Source: Selaginella moellendorffii
Taxonomy: Eukaryota > Plantae > Lycopodiophyta
Direction of reading: 5' to 3'
DNA: 64,000 bases
NCBI RefSeq assembly: GCF_000143415.4
Contig: NW_003314288.1
Coordinates: 1,855,515-1,919,514, forward strand
The translations under genes and the position numbers were made by a program. The notes beneath the pieces were generated by a model, which did no database searches, had not been told where the DNA came from, and was given only the letters and a program-made list of their open reading frames with translations. Shown in pieces: positions 38,001 through 49,416 of this stretch (position 1 is the first letter of the stretch; every line of letters begins with the position of its first letter).

Positions 38001-38381
38001 AAAGGGATTCCTTTCAAGCAGCTGCTAGAAACTTTGACGCTGTACAAGATCGGACCCACAGTTAAGCCTTTTCGTTTCATGGTTCTCGTGGCTTGAGTGT
38101 TTCTCAACAATGCACAGGGTCTACCGCTCACTTTACGCATCGAAAGAGAGAAGCGCATCCAAGACGTGTATATCCGCGGCGCGACCACGAAAGTCCAGGC
38201 ACTTGTGCGGGGATTTCTAGTAAGGAGGCGAGCTGCCCGGGCTAGAGGAGAAGAATTTGAGGGAGGATTGCCGTTGCTCAAAGACGATCAAAGCGGTGGA
38301 AACGAAGAACCGCAACAAGATGAACAGCAAGAACAGCAACTAAGAAGCAAATCCATGCTCGTGGAAGAAGAAGGAAGTTAG
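32050..38381 (+). CDS. Four-domain (4x6TM) cation channel alpha subunit, Cav/Nav/NALCN superfamily, pore E-E-D-D
   Basis: Four P-loops (SLEGW, TAEGW, TFDNW, TLDNW); NPNFGCTSFD, WVNPNFHFDDIGNAFLSLF, MNLFVAVILD, an EF-hand-like segment and IQ motif VQALVRGFLVRR. Start inferred at ATG 32050 with intron 32118-32173. Confidence 0.92.
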
Positions 38382-38473
38382 CTTAAATCCGGGAAGTTAA
38401 CATATGGCGTTTAGCTTATATTTCCTTTAATGCGAAGTAAAAGCCCTAAAAACAGAGGAATGATGGCTAGGGC

Positions 38474-41400
38474 ATGAGCATTCGGGCATGGCGGGCGAAA
38501 TCCTTGCAGCACGGTAGCGCCGCATCGCTGGGAGAGGCCGCATTGCTGGAAATCCAGCGCCTCGCAGCGATTCATCGAGAGGGTAAGCAGCAGCAGGATC
38601 GAAATCTTCATGGCGAGCAGGAGATCAAAGATCATGCGAACCGCATCCGGCAGTGCGGGCGAGCCGGAGATCTGGCCGAGGCCGAGCGGGTTCACGCCGC
38701 GGTGCTGCGATCCGGGCTCGGCGGCGATCGCTTCCTCTCCAATCTCTTGGTGGAGATGTACGGCAGGTGCGGCGGCGTGGAGGGCTCCCGTACGGCGTTC
38801 GATGCCATTGAGTCCCCAAACGTCTACTCGTGGACGCTGCTCATCGCGGCATATGCCCGCAATGGGCATCACAGGGAGGCCATAGAGGCGCTGAGGAGAA
38901 TGGATCTGGATGGAGTAGAGGCCGATACTTTCACTTACTCCACCATTTTCAACATGATCTCGCGCAAGGAGATGCTGCCCCAGGCAAGGTGGCTCCACGA
39001 GAGAGTCTCGACGTCTTTGGAGCTTGGGTTGAACAGAGATATCTTCCTGGGAACTGCCATCGTCAACATGTATGGGAAATGTGGCAGCATACACGACGCC
39101 GAAGAGATCTTCTTTCGGATGGAGCACAGGGACGTGGTGGCCTGGAACGCGATGCTCTCGGCCTATGCTCACAACGGGTACGAGCTCGAGGCGGCCAAAC
39201 TGTTCCAGGAGATGGAACACGAGGGAGTCAAGGCGGACAGGGTGGTTTTTGTGAGCCTTCTCGAGGCTTGCTCTAAGCTGGGGGACTTGGAGCAAGGGAA
39301 GGTGGTGCACGGGCGCGTGACCGAGCTCGGGTTTGAGGCCGAGGACGTTCTCGGGCACGCGCTGGTGAACTTATACGGGAAGTGTGGAGCGCTGGAGGAA
39401 GCGAGGTCGCTTTTTGGTAAGATTGTTTCTAAGAATGTGGTGTCGTGGAACGTCTTGATAACGGCCTATCTGCAGAACGGGCTCGTGGAGGATGCACTCA
39501 AGCTCTTCACAGAGATGGCGCTGGATGGGACCAGACCCGACGACGTGACCTTCAACAATCTCGTCAACTTGTGCACGGGGGTGGTGAGCTTAGAACAAGC
39601 CAGGATTCTCCACCGGCGATTGATCGAGAGTGAGATCCACGTAGACGCTGTAATGAGGAACGCCGTCATGAATCTCTACGTGAAAGCTGGGAGTTTGGAA
39701 GATGCCAGGGCCGAGTTCTATCGCATGGAAGTCAGGGACGTGGTTTCGTGGACGCTCATGCTTTCGACATACTCGCAGTCTGGATACGTAGACGAAGCAT
39801 TCAAGCTGTTTCATCAGATGGACCTTGAAGGCATTGAGGCCGATGCCGTCACCTACATTGCAGTTCTCGACGCCTGTGATTGCTCCGAGCTCCTGGAGCA
39901 AGGCCGGAGAGTGCGCGCTCGAGCAGCTCAGTCAGCTTTTCATGAAGATGTTGCTGTCAGCACTTCGCTCGTCAACATGTATGGGAAGTGCGGAAGCTTA
40001 GTCGAAGCCAAGACATTGTTCGACGGGATGAGCTTTAGGAACGAGTTATCATGGAACGCAATGGTGAGAGTTCTCGGGTTTAACGGGCAGAGCAGCGAGG
40101 CCTTTCGAGTCTATCGGGTGATGCAGCTAGAAGGGGTCAAGCCAGACTCGACTACGTTACTCATCCTCCTCGACGCTTGCAAAGATTTGTCACAGGGCCG
40201 GATGGTCCACTCCAAGATCATCGAATGTGGATTCGATCGGGACAAAGGTGTCCCGCACACGCTTGTGATCATGTACGGGAAGCATGGAGATCTAGAAGAA
40301 GCCAACCAAGTGTTTCGGAAAAGTGTCCTGGATTGCGGAAAGGATCTAGCCAGCTTATGGAACGCTTTCATCGTAGCTCACACACACAACGGCCAGACCG
40401 AACAAGCAGCTCAGCTTCTTCACAGCATGGACCTCCAGGGCGTAAGACTCAACAAGTTCAGCTACGTTGCTCTGCTCGACGCATGCTCGACGTTACAACA
40501 GGTGGAGCAGCTCCACTTACGACTGCTTGCGGAAGGATTGGAGGCAGATCAAGAGATTGGCAACACACTCATCACCTCGTATGGCCAGTGTGGTAACATA
40601 GACGCTTCAAGAGCCGTCTTCACGGGAATGGAGTGCAAGAACGTGATTTCCTGGACTTCTTCCATTGTAGCTCACGCAACCAACGGACAGGCTAGCCAGG
40701 CGATGGGGCTGCTTCATCAAATGCATCTAGAAGGCGTTCATCCAAACAAAGTCACTTTGCTGGGCTTGATCGATGCGTGCGTGAGCCTGGCAGCAGCAGT
40801 GGACAAAAACGAGAGAAGTATCGTCATACCGGAGTATGTTCTATCTGTGGCCAGCAGATTCGAGTCGACTATCGTTCTAGAGACTGCGCTGCTCAACATG
40901 CACGCCAAGTGTGGCAACGTAGAGGAAGCCGAGAGGATTTTTTTTGAGAAGATGGCCGATGGGGAAAGGGACTCTATCGCATGGAATGCCATGGTTTCTG
41001 CCTATGCTACCAACGGACACGGCCTGGAGGCGATTGAAGTAGTGCGAAGGATGGACTTGGAAGGGATAAAGCTGCACAGAGTCACCTTTCTGGGCCTGCT
41101 GGACGCCATTGCTGGAGTGGGAGACATCACGATGGTGAAGCAGACACACGCAAGGCTGACCGAGGCAGGAGTTCTTCCCAGCCTCGCACTAGAGAACAGT
41201 CTCATAGCTGCTTATGGACGTTGCGGGAGTGTGGAGGATGCAAAGTCTGTTTTCAAGGGTATCTCGTGCAACAAGGATTCCGTCTCCTGGGGCGCTCTCA
41301 TCGTGGCTCTCTCCCAAAACTGGCAGGCTTCTCCGGCACTAGAGCTCCTCAAGAGCATGGACTTGGAAGGGGTCAAGGCAGGAAAGGTGGCGCTGCTGAG

Positions 41401-42118
41401 AATGGTGGAGTCGTGTGCGCTGCTGGGAGCTCTTGCTCACGGCAAATCTCTCCACACTCGCATCCTCCGCTCGGGCTTCCAGGCGGAAGAGGTCCTCGCC
41501 AACGCACTCATCGCCATGTACGGGAAGTGCGGCTGCCTGGAGACCGCCAGGAAGCTCTTCGAAGACGAGCTCCAGACGCCTGATCCCGGTGGTAGAACCA
41601 GGAAGAACAACGTAGTAACTTGGACGACGATGGTCACCATCTACACGTCCGCTGGCCACCCCAGTGAAGCGCTGGAGCTCTTCTACGGCATGGTGTTGCA
41701 AGGCGTCCTTCCCACGTCGGTAACGCTCACCAGCATTCTCAGCGGCTGCAGCCACGCCGGCCTCGTCGGCCAGGGGATCCGCTACTTTGCGTGCATGGTG
41801 GAAGATCACGGCGTCACTCCCACGGCGGATCACATGAACTGCCTTGTAGACTTGCTGGGACGAGCAGGCTGGCTCCGGGAGGCCGAGGACTTGATCAGGA
41901 AGATGCCGGCGGGAGACCCTCTAACTTGGAAGGTCCTCCTGGGAGCTTGTAGGCTCCATGGAGACTTGGAGAGAGGCACAAACGCAGCGCGGAAGGCATC
42001 AAACTTCCTTGACCACTGCGATTCGTCGCCTTACGTGTTGCTGAGCAACATGTACCTGGAGAAGGATCCACAAAGCTTGACAAACTGCGAATCGTCCGGA
42101 CTAGTTCCAACTTCATGA
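38474..42118 (+). CDS. PLS-class pentatricopeptide repeat protein with C-terminal E domain, no DYW; intronless, 1214 aa
   Basis: Repeated MYGKCGSxxxA / VVSWNxM PLS triplets; ACSHAG-like GCSHAG, CLVDLLGRAG, WKVLLGACRLHG and YVLLSNMY. Confidence 0.96.
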   Translation: MSIRAWRAKSLQHGSAASLGEAALLEIQRLAAIHREGKQQQDRNLHGEQEIKDHANRIRQCGRAGDLAEAERVHAAVLRSGLGGDRFLSNLLVEMYGRCGGVEGSRTAFDAIESPNVYSWTLLIAAYARNGHHREAIEALRRMDLDGVEADTFTYSTIFNMISRKEMLPQARWLHERVSTSLELGLNRDIFLGTAIVNMYGKCGSIHDAEEIFFRMEHRDVVAWNAMLSAYAHNGYELEAAKLFQEMEHEGVKADRVVFVSLLEACSKLGDLEQGKVVHGRVTELGFEAEDVLGHALVNLYGKCGALEEARSLFGKIVSKNVVSWNVLITAYLQNGLVEDALKLFTEMALDGTRPDDVTFNNLVNLCTGVVSLEQARILHRRLIESEIHVDAVMRNAVMNLYVKAGSLEDARAEFYRMEVRDVVSWTLMLSTYSQSGYVDEAFKLFHQMDLEGIEADAVTYIAVLDACDCSELLEQGRRVRARAAQSAFHEDVAVSTSLVNMYGKCGSLVEAKTLFDGMSFRNELSWNAMVRVLGFNGQSSEAFRVYRVMQLEGVKPDSTTLLILLDACKDLSQGRMVHSKIIECGFDRDKGVPHTLVIMYGKHGDLEEANQVFRKSVLDCGKDLASLWNAFIVAHTHNGQTEQAAQLLHSMDLQGVRLNKFSYVALLDACSTLQQVEQLHLRLLAEGLEADQEIGNTLITSYGQCGNIDASRAVFTGMECKNVISWTSSIVAHATNGQASQAMGLLHQMHLEGVHPNKVTLLGLIDACVSLAAAVDKNERSIVIPEYVLSVASRFESTIVLETALLNMHAKCGNVEEAERIFFEKMADGERDSIAWNAMVSAYATNGHGLEAIEVVRRMDLEGIKLHRVTFLGLLDAIAGVGDITMVKQTHARLTEAGVLPSLALENSLIAAYGRCGSVEDAKSVFKGISCNKDSVSWGALIVALSQNWQASPALELLKSMDLEGVKAGKVALLRMVESCALLGALAHGKSLHTRILRSGFQAEEVLANALIAMYGKCGCLETARKLFEDELQTPDPGGRTRKNNVVTWTTMVTIYTSAGHPSEALELFYGMVLQGVLPTSVTLTSILSGCSHAGLVGQGIRYFACMVEDHGVTPTADHMNCLVDLLGRAGWLREAEDLIRKMPAGDPLTWKVLLGACRLHGDLERGTNAARKASNFLDHCDSSPYVLLSNMYLEKDPQSLTNCESSGLVPTS

Positions 42119-42192
42119 TCGATCACGCAGGTACTAGTTCCAACTTCATGATCGATCGCACAGGTACTCGTTTTAACTTCGTGATCGAAGGT
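42100..42192. repeat. Tandem repeat, about 3 x 33 bp, overlapping the PPR stop codon
   Basis: Unit ACTAGTTCCAACTTCATGATCGATCACGCAGGT at 42100 and 42133, degenerate at 42166. Confidence 0.85.
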
Positions 42193-42334
42193 ACTTATGT
42201 TGGTAACTGTGTGATTAACGGTTTTTCCAAGCTTGACAAACAGCTCCGTGTTCTTGGTATGTTTCAAATTTGTGTTCTATTATTTCTGATATAGATTTTA
42301 CTTTATGTACCCAGCACAGCAGCTATGAGCAGCA

Positions 42335-43694
42335 TCAAGGATCGGCATGGCCAGCCATTTCCTCGTCGCTGGACGCGTAATCCTCATCAGTCACTTCCGC
42401 GTCGCTGCTCTCTTCGGGGTGAGCTGCCGTATCCTCTGACTTTGCATATCTTTCGCAGTACTCTGATCAAAACGCACGAAATACTTTGGCCAGGCCAAAC
42501 AAGAAGGGAGTCCATCGCTCTTACCTTTAACTTTCTGGTCGTAGCGATCTCTGTCCCTCATCATCAACGCGGCCGCTTCACCATTGAGTGGATCTGTGGG
42601 GTTGGGATAGAGTAGCAACTGAGGTAGAAACACCTCAAACACGTTGATCAAATCTACACAAACCATAATACCAAAGAACTTTCAGAGCTTGAAACTTGCG
42701 AGCAAATCATCGTTACCAAACATTGGGCTCCACGTTTGGTTGATCACGTCCAAGCACACGGAGCCGGACCTGGAAGCAAAGCATCGATAAGATGAGCTCC
42801 AAAGAGAGAACCGAAAGACCGAAAAAAAGAGAGAGAAAAAAGGAAAGAGAACGAAAAGAAATGGGAGATTTCAGGCAGGCATACATCTCGTCCACATTGG
42901 GGTGAAATATCCTGTTCACAAAACCGATGGATGGAGATTTATACGGGTAAGCCTCTGGAAGTTCGACACGAACCTTCCAAGTCCCCGTTTGATATGGACC
43001 TGTTGGAAACGAAACAGGATTAGAACCATGCCACAGCCCGGGGAGTTGAAAAAGAGATGCAGAAGCAACGAAATTCACTCTATCTACGTGATACGTGACA
43101 CCACAAGGGAAGAAAAACAAAAGAGAAAAACTCCCGGCCAAGTGACAATGGCTTAGATTTTTACGTGTTTTAGCTTTGAGAGGTGGACACCTGGCGTTTT
43201 TGGAGCTCTTCTCGAGGACCCGCACCAAGAAGTGCTGGCATTCTTTTTTGTGTCCATGGCTATGAATCTGGAAGAGCGAACAAAAAATGGCAACTCAACT
43301 CGAGGGCAGTTCTCCTACAGATCCAATCCAAGGCAAAAACAAGAAGAAATCTCTCTTTCAAACAAGCCGAGAGACACAGAGGCACGAAAACCACAGGGAG
43401 ACAAGAGGAAGAGAAGAGGGCAGTGTGGAGGACTTACTATCCCGAGGTCCATGGAACTCCACATTAAACTCGTTCATCCCATCGTTTACCATCTCCACCT
43501 TGTAGTCACTCATCATCCTGGAAAGAGGAATGGGAAGCAAAAAGAAGAAGCAATGAATTAGCAGAGAGGAAGAAAGCGAAGAAAGAGAGGTTTTTCATAG
43601 CCACTGGAGAGCGAAGAAGGAATTGAAATTCGAGAGGAGGCGAGACTCACAGTTTCATCACATCCATTTCGCGGCGCTTGCTCGGGGAAGACAT
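42335..43694 (-). CDS. Ubiquitin-conjugating enzyme E2 (plant UBC4/5/6, UBE2H-like)
   Basis: [47 protein letters not shown] and [15 protein letters not shown]; acidic tail. Confidence 0.96.
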
Positions 43695-44075
43695 TCTCGC
43701 CTGCGCTGCTGCTGCTGCTGCCCTGCCCTGCCCTGCCGCCCCGCCGCTCAGCGATGGAGAGCCGAGGAACCCACCAAGATCGAGGACGCCCTAAATCTCA
43801 TCTAGCGAGTGACAACATCCACGCCAAGGGAATGGGATAGCCGCTGTGCCAAAGCAAACAGTGACTGTCGCGACTGGAGAATCGGAACCCTAGAATGCTG
43901 GTGGACAGCCTAGCCCTAGGCCACCACGCTCGAGGCTTGGCAGCCGTCGGATGCCGATCTGCGCCCCTTCAGCGTGGCCCTTGATTCCGCCAGCTCGGCA
44001 GGAATATCCTTCGTTATGAATCTTAACGGTAAGTAACGGTTTCCCGCGGGAAAATATCCCCTGTTCTTGCGAGCT

Positions 44076-45317
44076 ATGGCGGTCGACAAGGGCAAGAAGA
44101 AGGCGGCAGCTGGGACGAAGAAATCGTCGGCCGAGGGGAAGAAATCTACCGCAAAATCGTCGAAAAATGCGGCGGCCACGCAGAAGAGCAAAAAGGCCGC
44201 TACCTCCGCGAGCAAGACGAAGACCAAACTGAAGAAAGCGGTGGAGAGCAGCGAGGAGGAGACGAGCACTGCGACGGAGGAGCGTGTATCAGATCAAGGC
44301 AGCGCAGGCGACGAGCCAGCAGCTGGAACGAAGCCAGGATCTTCAACTCCCGGCGGCGCTCTCGCAGTGCCTCCCCAATCCGGCCTCATGGGAGGACTGA
44401 GTGGAATTCGAGGCATCAGGCCGCAAGTGCCGATGATGATGGTCCCCCCAAGGCTGGGAGCGATGCAGCAGGGAATGATGATGCCGCAGCAGCAGCCTGG
44501 GATGATGATGGCGATGAGATTCCCGGGAATGACGATGATGAACCGCTCGCCTCCGGTGATGATGAATCCATTCCAGCAGCAATTCAATCGCGGAGGAGCC
44601 ACCATGATGGGAATGGGATTGCAACAGCAGCCGCGCGGAATGCCAGGCTTCTCACAACAATTTCCTCAGCAGCAATCTTACAACATGGTCTCCCCGCAGG
44701 CTTTCTTCTCTTCTTCGTCGTCGCCATTCGAGGCACAAGCTTACTCTCCCTGGAACTATAAAAATCCATCTTGGGCTTGGCAACAACAGCCATCGTGGCC
44801 CAGCAATTCCAATTGGAACAATCAAACATCCTGGCCAGAGCAGCAATCCAGTTCCTCGCAACCTTACGACCAACAACAACAGCAGCAATCTTGGTGGGAT
44901 CAGGCTCCCCATCAAACCTCTTCGTGGAGCCAGCACTCCCAGCAGCCCCAGCAATCCTTGAGCCAACAGTACTACGATTCCTCGGCCCAATCGTCCCCAC
45001 CTTCTTACGACTACTACAACCAATACCACTCCGATCCACAGAACTACTACCAGCAGCAGCAGCAGCCGGAGGACTATTACAATGCTGCTAGCTACGATCA
45101 ATCCACGAGCTACGATCATCAATACCACAATCCTTACGATCCCTCGACCTCGCAAGCTCCAGAGTATAGCTATGATCATCAGCGTTGGCCGAGCGAGTAC
45201 TACGGCGGTCAGAGCCAAAGCTGGCCGCAACGAGGCGATCATTACCACCCAAACTGGAGCTACGGCCGTCGCAAGAACCTATACTCCTGGCCGCCACGCT
45301 GGAACCCAAAGCGATAA
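44076..45317 (+). CDS. Intronless low-complexity protein: K-rich N-terminus, M/P/G/Q-rich middle, Q/S/Y/W-rich prion-like C-terminus
   Basis: 413-aa ORF with strong compositional zoning; no folded domain recognised. Confidence 0.7.
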   Translation: MAVDKGKKKAAAGTKKSSAEGKKSTAKSSKNAAATQKSKKAATSASKTKTKLKKAVESSEEETSTATEERVSDQGSAGDEPAAGTKPGSSTPGGALAVPPQSGLMGGLSGIRGIRPQVPMMMVPPRLGAMQQGMMMPQQQPGMMMAMRFPGMTMMNRSPPVMMNPFQQQFNRGGATMMGMGLQQQPRGMPGFSQQFPQQQSYNMVSPQAFFSSSSSPFEAQAYSPWNYKNPSWAWQQQPSWPSNSNWNNQTSWPEQQSSSSQPYDQQQQQQSWWDQAPHQTSSWSQHSQQPQQSLSQQYYDSSAQSSPPSYDYYNQYHSDPQNYYQQQQQPEDYYNAASYDQSTSYDHQYHNPYDPSTSQAPEYSYDHQRWPSEYYGGQSQSWPQRGDHYHPNWSYGRRKNLYSWPPRWNPKR

Positions 45318-47671
45318 AAATGTAGGTTTAAACTTCATGTTGGAAAATAGTTATAAATGTATAGTTTTTACAAATAAATTCTAGTATAAGAGCTAGTTGT
45401 TTTACACATAGTAAAGGAAATGGTAGCTTTTTCAATGATTTTTTTGTGGAGTTTGCCATGTCATTGAGTTTGTTTGTGCCTTCTCACTAAATAAGTTCTT
45501 TAATTCAAGTTTTAACATTGTTTTTATTCAGAAAATTTTTAGTTGATTTTAGTGATAATGCTCATATTGCTTATCCAGATAGTATTGATCTTCCTAAAGG
45601 TAAAGCAAACATGCATGTTAAATAATTAATAATCTTGGTTATTTTAATATTAATCTTGCATCACATTTAAATTTTAATTTCTGTTTTATTAGGTTTGAAA
45701 TTCTTCCAAAAAATATAATGGTAAATACTTTCAATTTTTAATATTTTTATTCGACTTGATTTTAATCCCGACCGCCAAATAGTATTTAGTTTGTTCCCAT
45801 CCTTTGACTTTTGAGTGTTTTCACATCCTCATTTTTATAAACAACTTTAATGGCGCACCTTGGGTATTCTTTATCATTAATACTCGAGAAAGAAGCCTTT
45901 AGTTCTTTATAAGATAACTTTAAAAATTTAAAATAGAAAATAATTCATGAAATACATCTTATACCACTTAGTCCAACTATAATAATACTGTATCTAAAAG
46001 TAAAATATTAATTAAAACTTTTATAAAATAAAAGTTCATTAATAGAAATATTAATGAATGTTCCCTCATTTCATTTAAATTTTTTCTTTATTTATTAATA
46101 TATATTGTTAATGTAATTTTTTCTAAAAAAAATATTAAATATTAAATTTACAACTATATCACTTGCATTGTACTATACAAATGAAAAAGAGTATGCATTT
46201 ATAATTTAACAATATGTATAAGCATACAACAATATAGTTTAAACTTTCACAAACTTGAGAATTTGTTTGAAAAATGCTCAATTTATTATGAAGATGTTTT
46301 ATAAACTTATGGTGAATATTCATAACAATTTATAAAATTATGTTTAGTATAATTTATATTATGTATTTATTTATTATTGTTGTTTTTTTATAAATAAGTT
46401 TTACTGATTTAAATAATATTTTTAAAATGTTAGTCCTGAGAAAAAAATTAAATGGAATTTATTAAATTAATGCATTTCATAGTATAGTGGTGGATTGAAA
46501 TTGCAACTTTCTGATGAAAATCATAGTTACAATTTTGGATCATCCCATGCTTTATTTTGTGTGATGAGATATTTTTAGTGAGCATTAACTAATTAGTATT
46601 ACTCTTTGTTAATTTTTTACTAAGAATATGATTTAATTGTTTTCTAAACAAATTTAAAATTTAAATGAATGATTTTAACACATGGAATGAATATACAAAT
46701 GTATTTCTAAATCTTCATATTTTATACATTTTTATAGCTTTCTAGCACTAGCACATCTAGCAATTAGATAGATATCCAAAACTTTTCTTTTTATCGTCAC
46801 AAGCTCTACTGGCAACTTCTTCCAAAACAAACTTCTAATATAATCTCAACATAATGATATCACTATGGAGAATTATCTTACATCTATTAGTACCATCAAG
46901 TATATATTTTACCTAGTACTTCTTTGGATTTTGCCCCTTCTTATATCATCAATGTAGTGATGTAGCATCAAAGAGTCTTTCAGGCAAACCAAAATTGTAA
47001 GAAATACTTCAAAGTTAGCAAGCTTTTCTCCAAGAAACGAGGACAAGACCTTCAAATGTACCTCCATTGGGAACTTTAATCTCAGGCTTGACAAGCTTGA
47101 ATTCTCTGCAAAATCTGTCCAGCATGAAGATCTGCATTCCCTGGCCAACTGCATAGTAGTATGAAGTTTCTCTCGTTTCTTATGGAGACAAAAGATCTTG
47201 CATCTCAAGGAGCTTTCTCGCTGTTTATTGTTGGAAACAAAGTGATGTTTCCCTGGGAGGAATCGATTTCCAGCAGCAGTTGTTGGGAAAGCCTTCATGC
47301 GTTAGCTTGGAAGTTGGAATCACTCGCCTTCCAGATTGGCTCGAGCCAAATATATGATGTTCTCGCTTTCTTTTCATGAGCATGGCTGTAATCGCAGAAA
47401 ACGCATACCAAAAAATAAAAAACAAAGAAAAAAAAACTGGGGGTAAGATCCACCCGAGGGTGGGATGCCTTAACCACATCTATGTGTTCAAACCCGAAGG
47501 TTATTCCCGTCCTTGTCGAGGGAGATGCCAAACATCTCTCCATTCTACGAACACGAAAGATTTGACCTACACTGCCTTTTTATATGGTGGCATTTCCATG
47601 CGCTTGGGCATGTGGGATAAGTTCGCAAAGCCCTAGCCTGCCACGTCAGCTAGGGCGAGGGTTTTGGGCTC

Positions 47672-49265
47672 ATGGAGGGAGCAGCCAAGGCGTCGCGGGC
47701 GGGCAGCAAGCGCGCTCGCTTCACGTACGAGGAGCCGGATCCAGACGACGACGATGAGGACGATCAGTAAGTCTCGGTCCCAGCGCTCATTCCAGTGATT
47801 GTTCTCCTCTCTCAATCCCTTCTTTCTCAGGCCCAGGAAGCTGAAATTTCCTAAAGGAAAGAAGAGCGATGTCTTCGAGCGTGGCGGCGTCGATGAGGAG
47901 GAGGACGATGGCGATCCACGCCCGCGCAGTGCACGCATTGCCGCGACCGAGCGGGCGATGCGGCGGAGCGTCATGGCGGAGCAGCTCAGAACCGCGGAAG
48001 ATACTTCCAATCTCCATGATTTCAGCCAAGCCGAGGAGAGCTTCGAGGTACGCGTCCCAAAAGAGCGTTTTTCCTTTTTTTTGCGATCTTCTTCCAACTA
48101 ACTCTTTGAGCTCCAGAATGACGATGATGCTGTCAAGTTGGAGCCATTCAACTTAAATGCGGAGAGAAGGGATGGCTTCTTTGACGATGATGGCCATTAT
48201 GTGGAGTACGCGACCAAGTTCGAGGCTCGGGTATGTGAGAAATCTCTTCTCCTGGCTTCTTCTTTGAGTGTGATTTCCTTTTTGACTCCTCTCTTCCAGG
48301 ACGCTTGGCTGGACAGTGCGGAGGTAGACACCCGGTTCGCGGCCAAACACCTCGCGAGAAAAGATAAAGAGGCTGCCGAGCACGACATTTCTCCTCGAGA
48401 TATCGGGCTCATGAAGAAGCGGATTGCGGACGCGCTGGAGCCTGGAGAAACGGTGCTTGTTTTTTCTTGTTCGGCATTTTCATGCTTGGTGGTGGCATTC
48501 TATTTTCTTGGGTATGTCACTCACGCTAGCATTTTTATATTTTTTCTTTTCAACTGGATGCCTGCATATATGCTTGTCCCTAGTGTAGTCATCTCGGTGG
48601 ATCTCATTTATGAAGGCTCTCTTTGCAGGTCCTGGAGGCACTGAGACGACTTAGAGGGTCCACGAAAGAAGGGAATCGACGAGGCAAGCTAACCGGGCCC
48701 GCGAAGATCGCCTTCGACCAGCTTACAGAAGATGCAATGAAGCTGATGGACATCGGTGAATCAGGTTTGTCGCCTCAAAAGCCTCGTCTCCAACTCTTCT
48801 AATCTTTGCTCAAAATTCTTCCAGACGTCTACGACAAGGTGCAAGAGAAGTTTCGACGAGAAGCAGGTGAATCAATCCTCCAGAGCTTGCTCTCTGCGTG
48901 TTTACGGACTTCTTCGCTTGCAGATGCTGTGCTACAAGAGGAAGTAGATATCTTCTCGGATGAACCTCAAGCGTCAGAGCCTGGCGAGGCGGATGCCACT
49001 GGATATGTCTACGATGGATCCTCCGGGTATGAGACCTCTCGACAAGAGCAAGCATTCATATCGTTCTAAGCCGCGGCTTTGACAACGCAGATACTACTAC
49101 AACGCCGAGACGGGATACTACTACGACCCGAGCTCGGGCCTGTTTTGTAGCGCGGCATCCGGCCAGTGGTAAGCTCCATTTTTCTCTCTGGACTGGAGCT
49201 TGAATCGAGTCTCTTCCAGGTTTAAGTTCGATGAAGCAACGAATGCGTATGTAGAGGCGGTTTGA
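47672..49265 (+). CDS. CD2BP2/LIN1 (U5-52K)-like protein with C-terminal OCRE-type repeat
   Basis: KFPKGKK, EPFNLNAERRDGFFDDDGHYVEY, DAWLDS, LEPGETVLEALRRL, FDQLTEDAMKL and GYVYDGSSGYYYNAETGYYYDPSSG. Confidence 0.88.
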
Positions 49266-49416
49266 TCAGCTTGTAAAAAAGAACCATAAGAAATACAAGA
49301 ATGGTTTCGAGTCGAACAGAACGTTCACTATAAAAGTTAAGCTCGGCAGTCCAAAACTTTCACTATAACGCTAATCCTCGCAAAATATGCTCGTTTCTCA
49401 AACCTTGCAAACCTTC

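Noticed and set aside
45330-46900. AT-rich block as a MITE or Helitron
   Set aside because: No terminal inverted repeats, TSD or Helitron hairpin-CTAG end could be identified by eye.
46909-47640. Short ORFs upstream of the CD2BP2-like gene
   Set aside because: No recognisable domain or consistent exon structure; possibly a decayed fragment.
4451-49265. Three spliceosome-related loci (U1, Sad1 pseudogene, CD2BP2) as a functional cluster
   Set aside because: They are tens of kb apart, separated by unrelated genes, and one is a pseudogene; chance is sufficient.
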